NCBI GenBank assembly: GCA_045546735.1 | Contig: JAZQDJ010000120.1 | Location: forward strand, 42,394-106,393 | Reading direction: 5' to 3' | From: Lachnospiraceae bacterium | GTDB taxonomy: Bacteria; Bacillota; Clostridia; Lachnospirales; Lachnospiraceae | DNA: 64,000 bases | In this document: one piece after another, positions 18,232 through 27,170 of the stretch | How positions within the stretch are numbered: position 1 is the first letter of the stretch | Layout: each line of letters begins with the position of its first letter | Notes under the pieces: generated by a model | The model's input: only the letters and a program-made list of their open reading frames with translations | Database searches by the model: none | What the model was told of the DNA's origin: nothing | Position numbers and translations under genes: made by a program

Positions 18232-19403
18232 GAAATCCATTAGCAAAACAGGTTGTAGAATTAAAGCCGTCCGGAATCCGCAAGTTCTTTGATCTTGTGG
18301 CAGAAATGCCGGATGCCATTTCTCTCGGTGTCGGTGAACCGGATTTTGATACGCCGTGGCATATCCGTGACGAGGGCATTTATTCCTTGGAGAAAGGACG
18401 TACTTTCTATACCTCCAATTCAGGTTTGAAAGAGTTGAAAGAGGAAATTTGCTTTTATTTGAAAAGAAAAATGGATCTTTCTTATAACTTTGCAACCGAT
18501 GTCATTGTGACAGTCGGAGGTTCGGAAGCGATTGATATTGCACTTCGCGCAATGATAAATCCGGGAGAAGGCGAAGAAGTTCTTATTCCGCAGCCAAGTT
18601 ACGTTTCCTATGAGCCATGTGCTATTTTGGCGGGTGCAAAGCCGGTTATTATCGAACTGAAAAATGAGAATGAATTCCGCTTGACAGCGCAGGAACTGGA
18701 AGCGGCAATTACAGATAAGACAAAGATTTTAATTTTACCGTTCCCGAACAATCCGACAGGAGCGATTATGGAGAAAAAGGATCTCGAAGCGATTGCTGAG
18801 GTAATCGAAAAACATGACATCTTTGTCATTTCTGATGAGATTTACAGTGAGCTTTCTTATAATGAAGATCATGTTTCGATTGCATGTATTCCGGGCATGA
18901 AGGAAAGAACGATTTTGATTAACGGATTTTCTAAAGCGTATGCGATGACCGGATGGCGTCTCGGATATGCGTGCGGACCGAAGGAAATCATTGCGCAGAT
19001 GACGAAAATTCACCAATTTGCAATCATGTGTGCGCCGACGACAAGTCAGTACGCAGCAGTGGAAGCACTTAAGAACGGGGATGAAGATGTGGCAATGATG
19101 CGCGAAGCGTACAATCAGCGTCGCCGTTATCTCATGCACGCGTTTAAAGAGATGGGACTTCCTTGTTTTGAACCGTTCGGAGCATTTTATGTGTTCCCGT
19201 GCATTAAAGAGTTCGGAATGACAAGTGAGGAATTTGCGGAAAAACTTTTAGCATCAGAGAAAGTGGCAGTTGTTCCGGGAACAGCTTTTGGTGACTGTGG
19301 AGAAGGATTCCTCCGTATTTCTTATGCATATTCACTTGAGGATTTAAAGATAGCTATTGAGAGATTAAAACGTTTTGTAGAAAAATTACGTGACGGGAAA
19401 TAG
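18228..19403 (+). CDS. pyridoxal-phosphate-dependent aminotransferase (class I, aspartate aminotransferase-like)
   Basis: The motifs NPTGA and SFSKAYAMTGWRLGY (PLP lysine region) are present. It overlaps the Lrp gene by 4 nt. Confidence 0.85.
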   Translation: MRNPLAKQVVELKPSGIRKFFDLVAEMPDAISLGVGEPDFDTPWHIRDEGIYSLEKGRTFYTSNSGLKELKEEICFYLKRKMDLSYNFATDVIVTVGGSEAIDIALRAMINPGEGEEVLIPQPSYVSYEPCAILAGAKPVIIELKNENEFRLTAQELEAAITDKTKILILPFPNNPTGAIMEKKDLEAIAEVIEKHDIFVISDEIYSELSYNEDHVSIACIPGMKERTILINGFSKAYAMTGWRLGYACGPKEIIAQMTKIHQFAIMCAPTTSQYAAVEALKNGDEDVAMMREAYNQRRRYLMHAFKEMGLPCFEPFGAFYVFPCIKEFGMTSEEFAEKLLASEKVAVVPGTAFGDCGEGFLRISYAYSLEDLKIAIERLKRFVEKLRDGK

Positions 19404-19407
19404 AATT

Positions 19408-19899
19408 ATGAATATTATACTTCATCAGCCGGAAATCCCGGCTAATACAGGAAATATCGGAAGAACGTGCGTGGCAACAGGCACGTCTCTTCATCTCATC
19501 GAGCCTCTCGGATTTCGCTTAAATGAAAAGGAAATCAAGAGAGCCGGGATGGATTACTGGGAAAAACTCGATGTAACCAGATATGTGAACTTTGAGGAAT
19601 TTAAGGAAAAACATCCGGATGCAAAAATTTGGATGGCGACAACGAAAGCAAAGCATGTGTATACGGATGTAGAGTTCGGTCCGAACGATTTTATTATGTT
19701 CGGAAAAGAAAGTGCGGGAATTCCGGAGGAGATACTTGTTGATTATGAAGAGACTTGTATCCGTATTCCGATGCTTTCGGAAATACGGTCTTTAAATCTT
19801 TCAAACTCTGTGGCGATTGTTCTTTATGAAGCGCTCCGCCAGCAAAATTTTGAATCAATGCAGATGACCGGAGAATTGCACAGATTACAGTGGAAATAG
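19408..19899 (+). CDS. trmL: tRNA (cytidine/uridine-2'-O-)-methyltransferase TrmL (SpoU family)
   Basis: Start is placed at MNIILHQPEIPANTGNIGRTC. The C-terminal SLNLSNSVAIVLYEALRQ knot motif is present. Confidence 0.8.
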   Translation: MNIILHQPEIPANTGNIGRTCVATGTSLHLIEPLGFRLNEKEIKRAGMDYWEKLDVTRYVNFEEFKEKHPDAKIWMATTKAKHVYTDVEFGPNDFIMFGKESAGIPEEILVDYEETCIRIPMLSEIRSLNLSNSVAIVLYEALRQQNFESMQMTGELHRLQWK

Positions 19900-19909
19900 A
19901 GGAACAGAT

Positions 19910-20479
19910 ATGTACATTATAGTCGGACTTGGAAATCCTACAAAAGAGTATGCACATACGCGCCATAATGTGGGATTTGATACGATTGATAAAATTGCAG
20001 ACAAACATGGGATTGCAGTTTTGGAAAAAAAGCATAAAGCAGTTTACGGAAGAGGTTATATCGAAGGTCAGAAAGTGATTTTGGCAAAACCTCAGACGTT
20101 TATGAATTTAAGCGGTGAATCTGTCCGTTCCCTCATAGATTATTATAAAGTGGATGAGGAGACAGAACTTATCGTTATATATGATGATATCAGTTTAGAG
20201 CCGGGGCAGCTCCGTATCCGTAAAAAAGGAAGCGCCGGTGGACATAACGGAATTAAAAATATTATTTCGCATCTTGGGCATGATACTTTTGTCCGTATCA
20301 AAGTCGGTGTCGGAGAAAAACCGAAAGGCTACGATTTGGCGGATTACGTGTTGTCGCGTTTCGCAAAGGATGAAGTAAGTGCTATGGAAGATGCTTTTGA
20401 GCGGGCAGCAGACGCAGTAGAAGTAATTATTACAGGCGGACCGGATGAGGCGATGAACCGGTTTAACGCCAAGAAGTGA
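19910..20479 (+). CDS. pth: peptidyl-tRNA hydrolase
   Basis: MYIIVGLGNPTKEYAHTRHNVGF and GGHNGIKNI are signature Pth motifs. Confidence 0.95.
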   Translation: MYIIVGLGNPTKEYAHTRHNVGFDTIDKIADKHGIAVLEKKHKAVYGRGYIEGQKVILAKPQTFMNLSGESVRSLIDYYKVDEETELIVIYDDISLEPGQLRIRKKGSAGGHNGIKNIISHLGHDTFVRIKVGVGEKPKGYDLADYVLSRFAKDEVSAMEDAFERAADAVEVIITGGPDEAMNRFNAKK

Positions 20480-20488
20480 GAGGCATAG

Positions 20489-23400
20489 TTGAAGGCATTT
20501 ACAGAACAGGTAAAAGAGTTCTCTTTTTATGAAGAGGCAGTAAGACAATTGAATAAAGGAAAAACCATTGCTGTCTCAGGTTGTGCGTCTGTGCAGAAAT
20601 GCCAGATGATTTGTGCGCAGGGAAGTGATTATCCGTATAAAATCGTGATTGCTTCCGACGATATAAAGGCAAAAGAGCTGTATGAAGATTATTTATTCTT
20701 CGACAATGATGTGATGCTGTTTCCGGCAAAAGACTACATTTTCTTTCAGGCGGATATCCGCGGAAGAGAAATGACAAGAGAACGCATGATTTGTTTCCGT
20801 AAAATACTATCCGGTGAAAAAGTAACAATTATTACAACACCGGATACTTTTATGGCACCGGTTCTTCCTCTTTCCGTTTTGCAGGACAACTGCATTTATA
20901 TCGGTAAAGAGAGCGTGGTGGAAGAAACAGCGATCGCGAAAAAGCTTGTGCGTATGGGATACGAAAAAACATACCAGGTAGAAATGCCGGGGCAGTTTTC
21001 TGTGCGCGGAGGTATTATCGATATTTTTGATTTGACAGAGGAAAATCCGTACCGAATTGAGCTTTGGGGCGATGAGGTCGAATCTATCCGTCGTTTTGAC
21101 GTGCTCAGCCAGCGTTCGATTGAGGCATTGTCTGAGATTACAATCTATCCTGCAACAGAGATGATTTTGACATCGGAGCAGAGAAAAGAAGGTCTGAAAA
21201 AGATTGAAAAAGAGGCAAAAAAGACATCCGAAACGCTTCGCGGCCAGATGAAGATTGAAGAAGCGCACCGTGTGAAAAAACAGGCGGAGCAGCTTTGTGA
21301 GCAGGTGGAAGAATTTGGTGTTATGGCCAATCTTGACAGCTATATGAAATATTTTTACAAAGAGCTGTCGGGATTTTTTGAATTGTTTGAGCAGGAAAAA
21401 CTTCTGCTTGTCGTAGATGAGCCGATGCGCGTGAAAGAGCATTTAGATGCTGTCGAACTGGAATTTAGAGAAAGCATGATGACGCGTATGGAAAAAGGTT
21501 ATGCGCTCAAAGGTCAGGCAGATCTTCTTTACAGCGGAAAACAGGTGCTTGCTGCAATCAACAGACAGAGGCTTTTGCTTCTTTCTGTGCTCGATGCAAA
21601 GCAGAAAGCCTTTCCGGAGGATGACAGTTTTCATGTAGATGCAAGAAGTGTAAACTCTTTCCAGAACAGCTTTGAATTATTAATTAAGGATTTAAAGAGA
21701 TATCATAAAAACGGATATCGTGTGATTCTTTTGTCGCCGTCAAGAACGAGGGCAAAGCGTCTGACAGAAGATATTTATAATAGCGACATCAATTGTTTTT
21801 ACAGTGAAGATAAAGACCGAGAACTGAAACCGGGTGAAATAATGGTTATGTATGGTCAGCTTTCCAAAGGTTTTGAGTATCTTTCCCTTCGTTTTGTTGT
21901 TATTACGGAAAGTGACATTTTCGGAAAAAGAGCTGTCCGTAAAAGTAAGCGCAAACGATATGAAGGACAGAAGATTCACGATTTTACGGAACTGAAAGTC
22001 GGTGATTTTGTTGTACATGAAAGTCACGGACTGGGGATATATCGCGGAATCGAAAAGGTTTGTGTGGATAAAGTCCAAAAAGATTATATGAAGATTGAGT
22101 ATCGTGACGGCGGCAATTTATATGTGCTTGCCACCGGTTTTGATGCGGTAATGAAATATGCTTCGTCTGAGGGAAAGGCGCCGAAATTAAACAAACTCGG
22201 AACGCAGGAATGGGCAAAGACAAAGTCAAAAGTAAAGGGGGCTGTAACAGAGGTTGCCAAAGATTTAGTGCAGCTTTATGCAGCGCGTCAGCAAAGACCG
22301 GGCTTTGTTTACGGACCGGATACCGTATGGCAGAGAGAGTTTGAGGAAATGTTCCCGTATGAGGAAACGCAAGATCAGCTTCTTGCGATTGATGCGACAA
22401 AACGGGATATGGAAAGTCGCCGTATTATGGATCGTCTGATTTGCGGTGATGTCGGTTTCGGAAAGACAGAAATTGCAATCCGTGCAGCCTTTAAAGCAGT
22501 GCAGGAAGGCAAGCAGGTTGTGTTCCTTGTTCCGACCACGATTTTGGCAAAGCAGCATTATGAAAATTTTGTGCAGCGTATGAAGGATTTCCCGGTGACG
22601 GTCGAAATGATGTCGCGATTTAGGACACCTTCGCAGCTGAAAAAAGCCATCGACGGTTTGAAAAAAGGACTTGTGGACATTGTCATCGGTACGCACAGGG
22701 TTTTGTCGAAAGATGTCGAATTTAAAGATTTAGGACTTTTGATTATCGATGAGGAGCAAAGATTTGGTGTGGCGCACAAAGAAAAAATCAAGCAAATGCG
22801 TCAGGATGTAGATGTTTTGACGTTGACAGCGACACCGATTCCGAGAACGCTTCATATGAGCCTTGTCGGAATCCGGGATATGAGTGTGCTCGAGGAAGCG
22901 CCGAACGACAGAATGCCTATTCAGACCTTTGTTATGGAATACAATGAGGAATTGGTGCGTGAAGCCATCAAGAGAGAACTTGCACGTGACGGACAGGTTT
23001 ATTATGTATATAACCGCGTCAAATCCATCGCAGATATGGCTGCGCGTATTCAGGAGCTTGTTCCGGAGGCAAATGTTGCATTTGCACACGGGCAGATGAA
23101 AGAAAGTGAGCTCGAGCGCATTATGTATGATTTCGTGGAAGGCGAAATCGATGTGCTAGTATCCACAACCATCATTGAGACCGGCTTGGATATTCCGAAT
23201 GTCAATACGATGATTGTACACGATTCCGACAATATGGGACTCTCGCAGCTTTACCAGCTCAGAGGACGTGTCGGAAGGTCGAACCGGACGGCATATGCTT
23301 TCCTTATGTATAAGCGCGATAAGATATTAAAAGAGGTGGCGGAAAAACGTCTTCAGGCAATCAAAGAATTTACCGAGCTTGGCAGCGGATTTAAAATTGC

Positions 23401-24013
23401 GATGAAGGATTTGGAAATCCGCGGTGCAGGAAATCTGCTTGGAAAGACACAGCACGGGCATATGGAAGCAGTCGGTTATGATTTGTATTGCAAGATGCTC
23501 AATGAAGCAGTCAAGACAATGAAAGGCCAGAAAGAAGCGGTTGACTTTATAACGACCATCGATATGGATGTTGATGCGTTTATTCCGGAAATATATATTG
23601 TAAATGAATATCAAAAACTCGATATTTACAAGCGCATTGCAGCGATTGAAAGTCGTGAAGAGAGTGATGAGATGCGCGGCGAGCTTATGGACCGTTTCGG
23701 TGAGATTCCGCGCTGTGTGGAAAATCTGCTCCGTATTTCTCTGATCCGCTTAAATGCGCATGCTCTTTATATCACGGAAGTCAAAGGAAAGAAAGACGGT
23801 ATTACCTTTATCATGGATCCGAAGGCAAATATCCGTGTGGAAAATATTGAGATTGTTCTTGCAAATATGGAAGGGAATCTTAAATTCAGCGTGAAAGGAA
23901 CGCCGACATTCTTCTACCGCCTGAAATCGACGGGTGTAGTGCAAAGAGATGAAGAGCAGATGCTTTCGGCTGCAGAAAAAGTGGTGGCTGAAATGAGAGC
24001 GAGATTGTTGTAG
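20489..24013 (+). CDS. mfd: transcription-repair coupling factor
   Basis: 1174 aa with a TTG start after GAGAGG. It has the CarD-like region (VGDFVVHESHGLGIY), superfamily-2 helicase motifs (GDVGFGKTE, DEEQRFG) and a TRCF domain. Confidence 0.95.
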   Translation: MKAFTEQVKEFSFYEEAVRQLNKGKTIAVSGCASVQKCQMICAQGSDYPYKIVIASDDIKAKELYEDYLFFDNDVMLFPAKDYIFFQADIRGREMTRERMICFRKILSGEKVTIITTPDTFMAPVLPLSVLQDNCIYIGKESVVEETAIAKKLVRMGYEKTYQVEMPGQFSVRGGIIDIFDLTEENPYRIELWGDEVESIRRFDVLSQRSIEALSEITIYPATEMILTSEQRKEGLKKIEKEAKKTSETLRGQMKIEEAHRVKKQAEQLCEQVEEFGVMANLDSYMKYFYKELSGFFELFEQEKLLLVVDEPMRVKEHLDAVELEFRESMMTRMEKGYALKGQADLLYSGKQVLAAINRQRLLLLSVLDAKQKAFPEDDSFHVDARSVNSFQNSFELLIKDLKRYHKNGYRVILLSPSRTRAKRLTEDIYNSDINCFYSEDKDRELKPGEIMVMYGQLSKGFEYLSLRFVVITESDIFGKRAVRKSKRKRYEGQKIHDFTELKVGDFVVHESHGLGIYRGIEKVCVDKVQKDYMKIEYRDGGNLYVLATGFDAVMKYASSEGKAPKLNKLGTQEWAKTKSKVKGAVTEVAKDLVQLYAARQQRPGFVYGPDTVWQREFEEMFPYEETQDQLLAIDATKRDMESRRIMDRLICGDVGFGKTEIAIRAAFKAVQEGKQVVFLVPTTILAKQHYENFVQRMKDFPVTVEMMSRFRTPSQLKKAIDGLKKGLVDIVIGTHRVLSKDVEFKDLGLLIIDEEQRFGVAHKEKIKQMRQDVDVLTLTATPIPRTLHMSLVGIRDMSVLEEAPNDRMPIQTFVMEYNEELVREAIKRELARDGQVYYVYNRVKSIADMAARIQELVPEANVAFAHGQMKESELERIMYDFVEGEIDVLVSTTIIETGLDIPNVNTMIVHDSDNMGLSQLYQLRGRVGRSNRTAYAFLMYKRDKILKEVAEKRLQAIKEFTELGSGFKIAMKDLEIRGAGNLLGKTQHGHMEAVGYDLYCKMLNEAVKTMKGQKEAVDFITTIDMDVDAFIPEIYIVNEYQKLDIYKRIAAIESREESDEMRGELMDRFGEIPRCVENLLRISLIRLNAHALYITEVKGKKDGITFIMDPKANIRVENIEIVLANMEGNLKFSVKGTPTFFYRLKSTGVVQRDEEQMLSAAEKVVAEMRARLL

Positions 24014-24015
24014 GT

Positions 24016-24098
24016 GGGATTTTGTGCCTGGTTGTGTCTTAGTGGCGGCAATTTCGGTGATTGGGCCATGGCGGCGGGAAAACTGGACCCGAGGCCCA
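24016..24098 (+). repeat. possible GC-richer relatives of the GGGC...CCCA repeat units, immediately 3' of mfd
   Basis: 24063-24098 is GGGCCATGGCGGCGGGAAAACTGGACCCGAGGCCCA (36 nt, starts GGGC, ends GGCCCA). 24016-24050 is GGGATTTTG...GTGGCGGCA (35 nt). Confidence 0.3.
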
Positions 24099-24195
24099 AA
24101 AATAATGCCGAATAAATACTTTGAAATTCAAACTAGACGAAATACAGTTTTACGTATACAATAGAGAAAGAAAGATTTTTATGAGAGGTACTTTT

Positions 24196-25065
24196 ATGAG
24201 AGATTTTGTGATTTCAACAGAAACTAATTCAGACATGTCACAGGAATTTTTAAAGTCCAATGACATTCTTGTAATTCCGCATTATTACAATATTGAAGAG
24301 GATATGTACGGTGACGGAAATGAACTTACAGTTGTAGAATTCTACAATGAAATGCGTGCAGGCAAAAAGGCCGGAACTGCAGCAAGCAATCCGGCGGTTA
24401 TCGAAGAGAAGTTTACAGAGGTGGCAAAAGCCGGAAAAGATATTCTTCACATCAGCTTTTCTTCCCAGCTTTCCTGTGGATGCCAGAACATCATTAACGG
24501 CGGAAATGCAATGAAAGATGATTATCCGGATTTTAATATTGAAGTTGTAGATACATTATCCGGAACGCTCGGTGAGGGATTGATTCTTCAGATGGCGGTT
24601 GAACTCAAAAAAGAAGGAAAAACGATGGCAGAAACAGCGAAGGCGCTTCGCGAACTGGCTCCGCATGTGAATACTATTCTTACGGTAGATGATTTGGATA
24701 CTCTTTACAGAGGCGGGCGTCTTTCTAAGACTTCTGCAGTGGTAGGCGGAGTTATCGGAATTAAACCTATTATTGCAATTAATGCAGAAGGTAAGCTTGC
24801 AGCAACCGGAAAGGCAAGAGGACGTAAAAAAGCATTCAACATGTTGCTTGAGATAATGGAAAACAATATGGGTTCTTATAAAGATAAGCAGGTATTTGTC
24901 GGAATTGCACACGGCGACGCCGAGGAAGATGCACTTGTTCTTAAAAAGATGATAGAGGACAAATTCGGTTTTGATAAATTTGTTATTGAACCGATCGGAC
25001 CGAGTATCGGAGCCCACACAGGCCCGGGTGCTATCGGACTTGTATTCCTCGGGGATGTAAGATAG
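24196..25065 (+). CDS. DegV family fatty-acid-binding protein
   Basis: Start is placed at MRDFVISTETNSD, after GAGAGG. The DegV core motifs are LSGTLGEG and TLYRGGRLSK. Confidence 0.85.
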   Translation: MRDFVISTETNSDMSQEFLKSNDILVIPHYYNIEEDMYGDGNELTVVEFYNEMRAGKKAGTAASNPAVIEEKFTEVAKAGKDILHISFSSQLSCGCQNIINGGNAMKDDYPDFNIEVVDTLSGTLGEGLILQMAVELKKEGKTMAETAKALRELAPHVNTILTVDDLDTLYRGGRLSKTSAVVGGVIGIKPIIAINAEGKLAATGKARGRKKAFNMLLEIMENNMGSYKDKQVFVGIAHGDAEEDALVLKKMIEDKFGFDKFVIEPIGPSIGAHTGPGAIGLVFLGDVR

Positions 25066-25088
25066 GAAAAATTGAAATAGAAATTGTA

Positions 25089-25140
25089 AAAACTCACACG
25101 ATAGTGGCGAAATTTGCACTATCGTGTGAGTTTTCTTGTT
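25089..25140 (+). terminator. intrinsic terminator of the DegV gene
   Basis: Perfect 18-bp stem AAAACTCACACGATAGTG/CACTATCGTGTGAGTTTT with a 10-nt loop and a T-rich tail. Confidence 0.8.
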
Positions 25141-25170
25141 TAAAAATAAAAGTTTATATCTGTCTGTACC

Positions 25171-25187
25171 TTTGTTTTTACTCTTTT
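25171..25187 (+). repeat. 17-bp direct repeat, copy 1 (TTTGTTTTTACTCTTTT)
   Basis: Identical to 25454-25470. Confidence 0.9.
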
Positions 25188-25196
25188 TTGGAAGTA

Positions 25197-25334
25197 ATTT
25201 TATTAGGAATTCATGAAAACGGAGAGTGTGCGATACCATTAGAAATACTTTGCAAAATAGCAGATTTCCATGAGACGAGTGTAGATTATTTACTGAATCG
25301 TACAAACGAGAAAAGCAATACCAATAAAAAATAA
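25197..25334 (+). pseudogene. 3' fragment of an XRE-family HTH regulator gene
   Basis: Translation ...GIHENGECAIPLEILCKIADFHETSVDYLLNRTNEKSNTNKK* matches only the last two helices of a Cro/C1-type HTH domain. No intact N-terminal helices, credible start or RBS are present. Confidence 0.55.
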
Positions 25335-25456
25335 ACTCACTGACCGAAGGCACTGTAAAAACGCCGGTCCTTGGCAAGCGGATGCAATTTTGCATCTGCG
25401 CGCCTAGTACCGCTGCGTTTTTAGCGTAACGCGAGTGTGCCTGAGGCAGTGAGTTT
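25333..25456. other. 124-nt extended imperfect hairpin (rod-like structure)
   Basis: The outer stem pairs AAACTCACTG with CAGTGAGTTT. It continues with (A)CC..AGGCAC / GTGCCT..GG, then AAAAACGC/GCGTTTTT. The apical hairpin is GATGCA-ATTT-TGCATC. Confidence 0.6.
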
Positions 25457-25470
25457 GTTTTTACTCTTTT
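25454..25470 (+). repeat. 17-bp direct repeat, copy 2, overlapping the stop codon of the purF-like gene
   Basis: Identical to 25171-25187. Confidence 0.9.
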
Positions 25471-26879
25471 CCGTTCCAGCAATACGTACAAAGCTTACAA
25501 GGATCAATACCGGTAGCTTCAAGCATGTCATCAAGACGACTGAACTGAAGCGAGGTAAAGTTAAGTTCTTTGCGGATTTCTTCGATCATTGCTTCGTATT
25601 TAGGATTTTCCGGATCACAATATTGACTTAAAACTTCTTCAGAAAGACCACTAGTATCTTCCACACCCTCGAGCATGGCAATTTTTTTACGTGTAATCAA
25701 ATCCATTTCTGAGTTAGAACGGGAGAAATTCAAATATTTGCATCCGTATACAAGCGGCGGACAAGCCGGACGGATATGAACTTCTTTGGCACCGCTTTCA
25801 TATAAGAAATCCGTTGTTTCACGAAGCTGGGTTCCGCGTACGATGGAGTCATCAATTAAAAGCAGACTCTTATCTTTTATCAGTTCATTGACAGATAACA
25901 GTTTCATCTTGGCAATGAGATTACGTTTGCTCTGGACTGTAGGCATAAAAGAGCGTGCCCAGGTCGGTGTATATTTTACAAACGGTCTTGAGAACGGAAT
26001 TCCGGATTCATTAGAATATCCGATGGCATGAGCAAGTCCGGAATCAGGAACACCTGCAACCGTATCCGGTTTTACGTTGTCACGCTGTGCAAGTTTGCGA
26101 CCGCAGTTATAACGCATCTGCTCGACACTTACTCCTTCGTAGGAAGAAGCAGGATAACCATAATAGACCCAAAGGAAGGTACAAATTTTCATTTCTTTTC
26201 CGCAGCAGGCAAGTGTTTTTGCGCCGTCAGGAGTAATGATAACCACTTCGCCCGGAGCCAGTTCTTTGTATGTCTGATAACCGAGGTTATGATAAGCAAA
26301 ATCTTCGAAAGAGACGCACATAGCTTCTTCTTTTTGACCAATGACAACCGGTGTACGCCCGTGTTTATCACGTGCTGCATAAATTCCTTTCGGTGTCAGA
26401 ATTAAAATGGAAAGAGAACCGTCTACAATAGTGAGGGCATGCTCTATTCCGTCAATTAAATTTTCTTTTTGGCTGATGACAGCGGCAATAAGCTCTGTCG
26501 GATTGACTTCGCCGGTGCTCATTTCCTGAAAGTGGACTGTTCCGTCGCGGAACAAATTTTCTACGATTTCATCTACATTATTGATACGTCCGACAGTAGT
26601 CAGGGCAAAGGTACCATGGTGAGAACGGACTAAAAGCGGTTGCGGCTCATAGTCGGAAATACAACCGATACCATAGTCGCCTTTCATATTACGAAAATCC
26701 TTGTCAAATTTTGTACGGAATGGGGCGTTTTCGATATTGTGAATTGCGCGATCAAAACCTTCCTCGCCGTATACAACCATTCCTGCGCGTCTCGTTCCGA
26801 GATGAGAATGGTAATCTATTCCAAAAAATAAATCAAATACGCAGTCTTCCTTTGCTGCGACACCAAAAAAACCACTCAT
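25461..26879 (-). CDS. amidophosphoribosyltransferase-like protein (PurF paralogue with Ser2 instead of Cys2)
   Basis: 472 aa with an AAAAGGAG RBS. The C-terminal PRT domain has LLLIDDSIVRGTQL. The N-terminal Ntn-type domain is divergent and starts MSGFFGV. Confidence 0.8.
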   Translation of the reverse strand: MSGFFGVAAKEDCVFDLFFGIDYHSHLGTRRAGMVVYGEEGFDRAIHNIENAPFRTKFDKDFRNMKGDYGIGCISDYEPQPLLVRSHHGTFALTTVGRINNVDEIVENLFRDGTVHFQEMSTGEVNPTELIAAVISQKENLIDGIEHALTIVDGSLSILILTPKGIYAARDKHGRTPVVIGQKEEAMCVSFEDFAYHNLGYQTYKELAPGEVVIITPDGAKTLACCGKEMKICTFLWVYYGYPASSYEGVSVEQMRYNCGRKLAQRDNVKPDTVAGVPDSGLAHAIGYSNESGIPFSRPFVKYTPTWARSFMPTVQSKRNLIAKMKLLSVNELIKDKSLLLIDDSIVRGTQLRETTDFLYESGAKEVHIRPACPPLVYGCKYLNFSRSNSEMDLITRKKIAMLEGVEDTSGLSEEVLSQYCDPENPKYEAMIEEIRKELNFTSLQFSRLDDMLEATGIDPCKLCTYCWNGKE

Positions 26880-26970
26880 GAATCTGTGCTCCTTTTCTGA
26901 CTTATAATTTTGTAACCCTGTCTATTGTATCAATTCACAAATTAGATAGCAAGAAAAAAAGTGTTACTAA

Positions 26971-26999
26971 TTGATAAACAATTTATTTTATGATAATGT
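26971..26999 (+). promoter_or_regulatory. candidate sigma-A promoter for the glycine riboswitch / symporter transcript
   Basis: TTGATA at 26971-26976, 17-nt spacer, extended -10 TGATAATGT at 26991-26999. Confidence 0.5.
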
Positions 27000-27030
27000 A
27001 AGTGTGGTGTGTTAGAGCACAAATACAATT

Positions 27031-27120
27031 TATCTCTCTGGAGAGTCTCTGCTAACCGGCAGAGCGCCGAAGGTGTAAGACGGAAAATCCGTCGATCTCT
27101 CAGGCAAAAGGACAGAGCCT
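27031..27120 (+). promoter_or_regulatory. glycine riboswitch, single aptamer
   Basis: The conserved aptamer blocks CTCTGGAGAG...GCGCCGAAGGTGTAA...TCTCTCAGGCAAAAGGACAGAG are present. It lies 50 nt upstream of a sodium:alanine/glycine symporter gene. Confidence 0.85.
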
Positions 27121-27170
27121 ATCAGCATGTTCTATATTCTTTAGAGATACCAGCGAAAGGAGATAGGAAC

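Noticed and set aside
24556-25491. 311-aa minus-strand ORF spanning the DegV gene, the intergenic hairpins and the purF-like 3' end
   Set aside because: It runs antisense to a well-supported DegV CDS and passes through two terminator-grade hairpins and the XRE fragment. The sequence is low-complexity and not protein-like.
27009-27170. N-terminal 54-codon extension of the symporter ORF (GTG at 27009)
   Set aside because: The extension is exactly the glycine riboswitch aptamer and its linker. The ATG at 27171 has an AAAGGAGA RBS and begins the conserved AGCS N-terminus.
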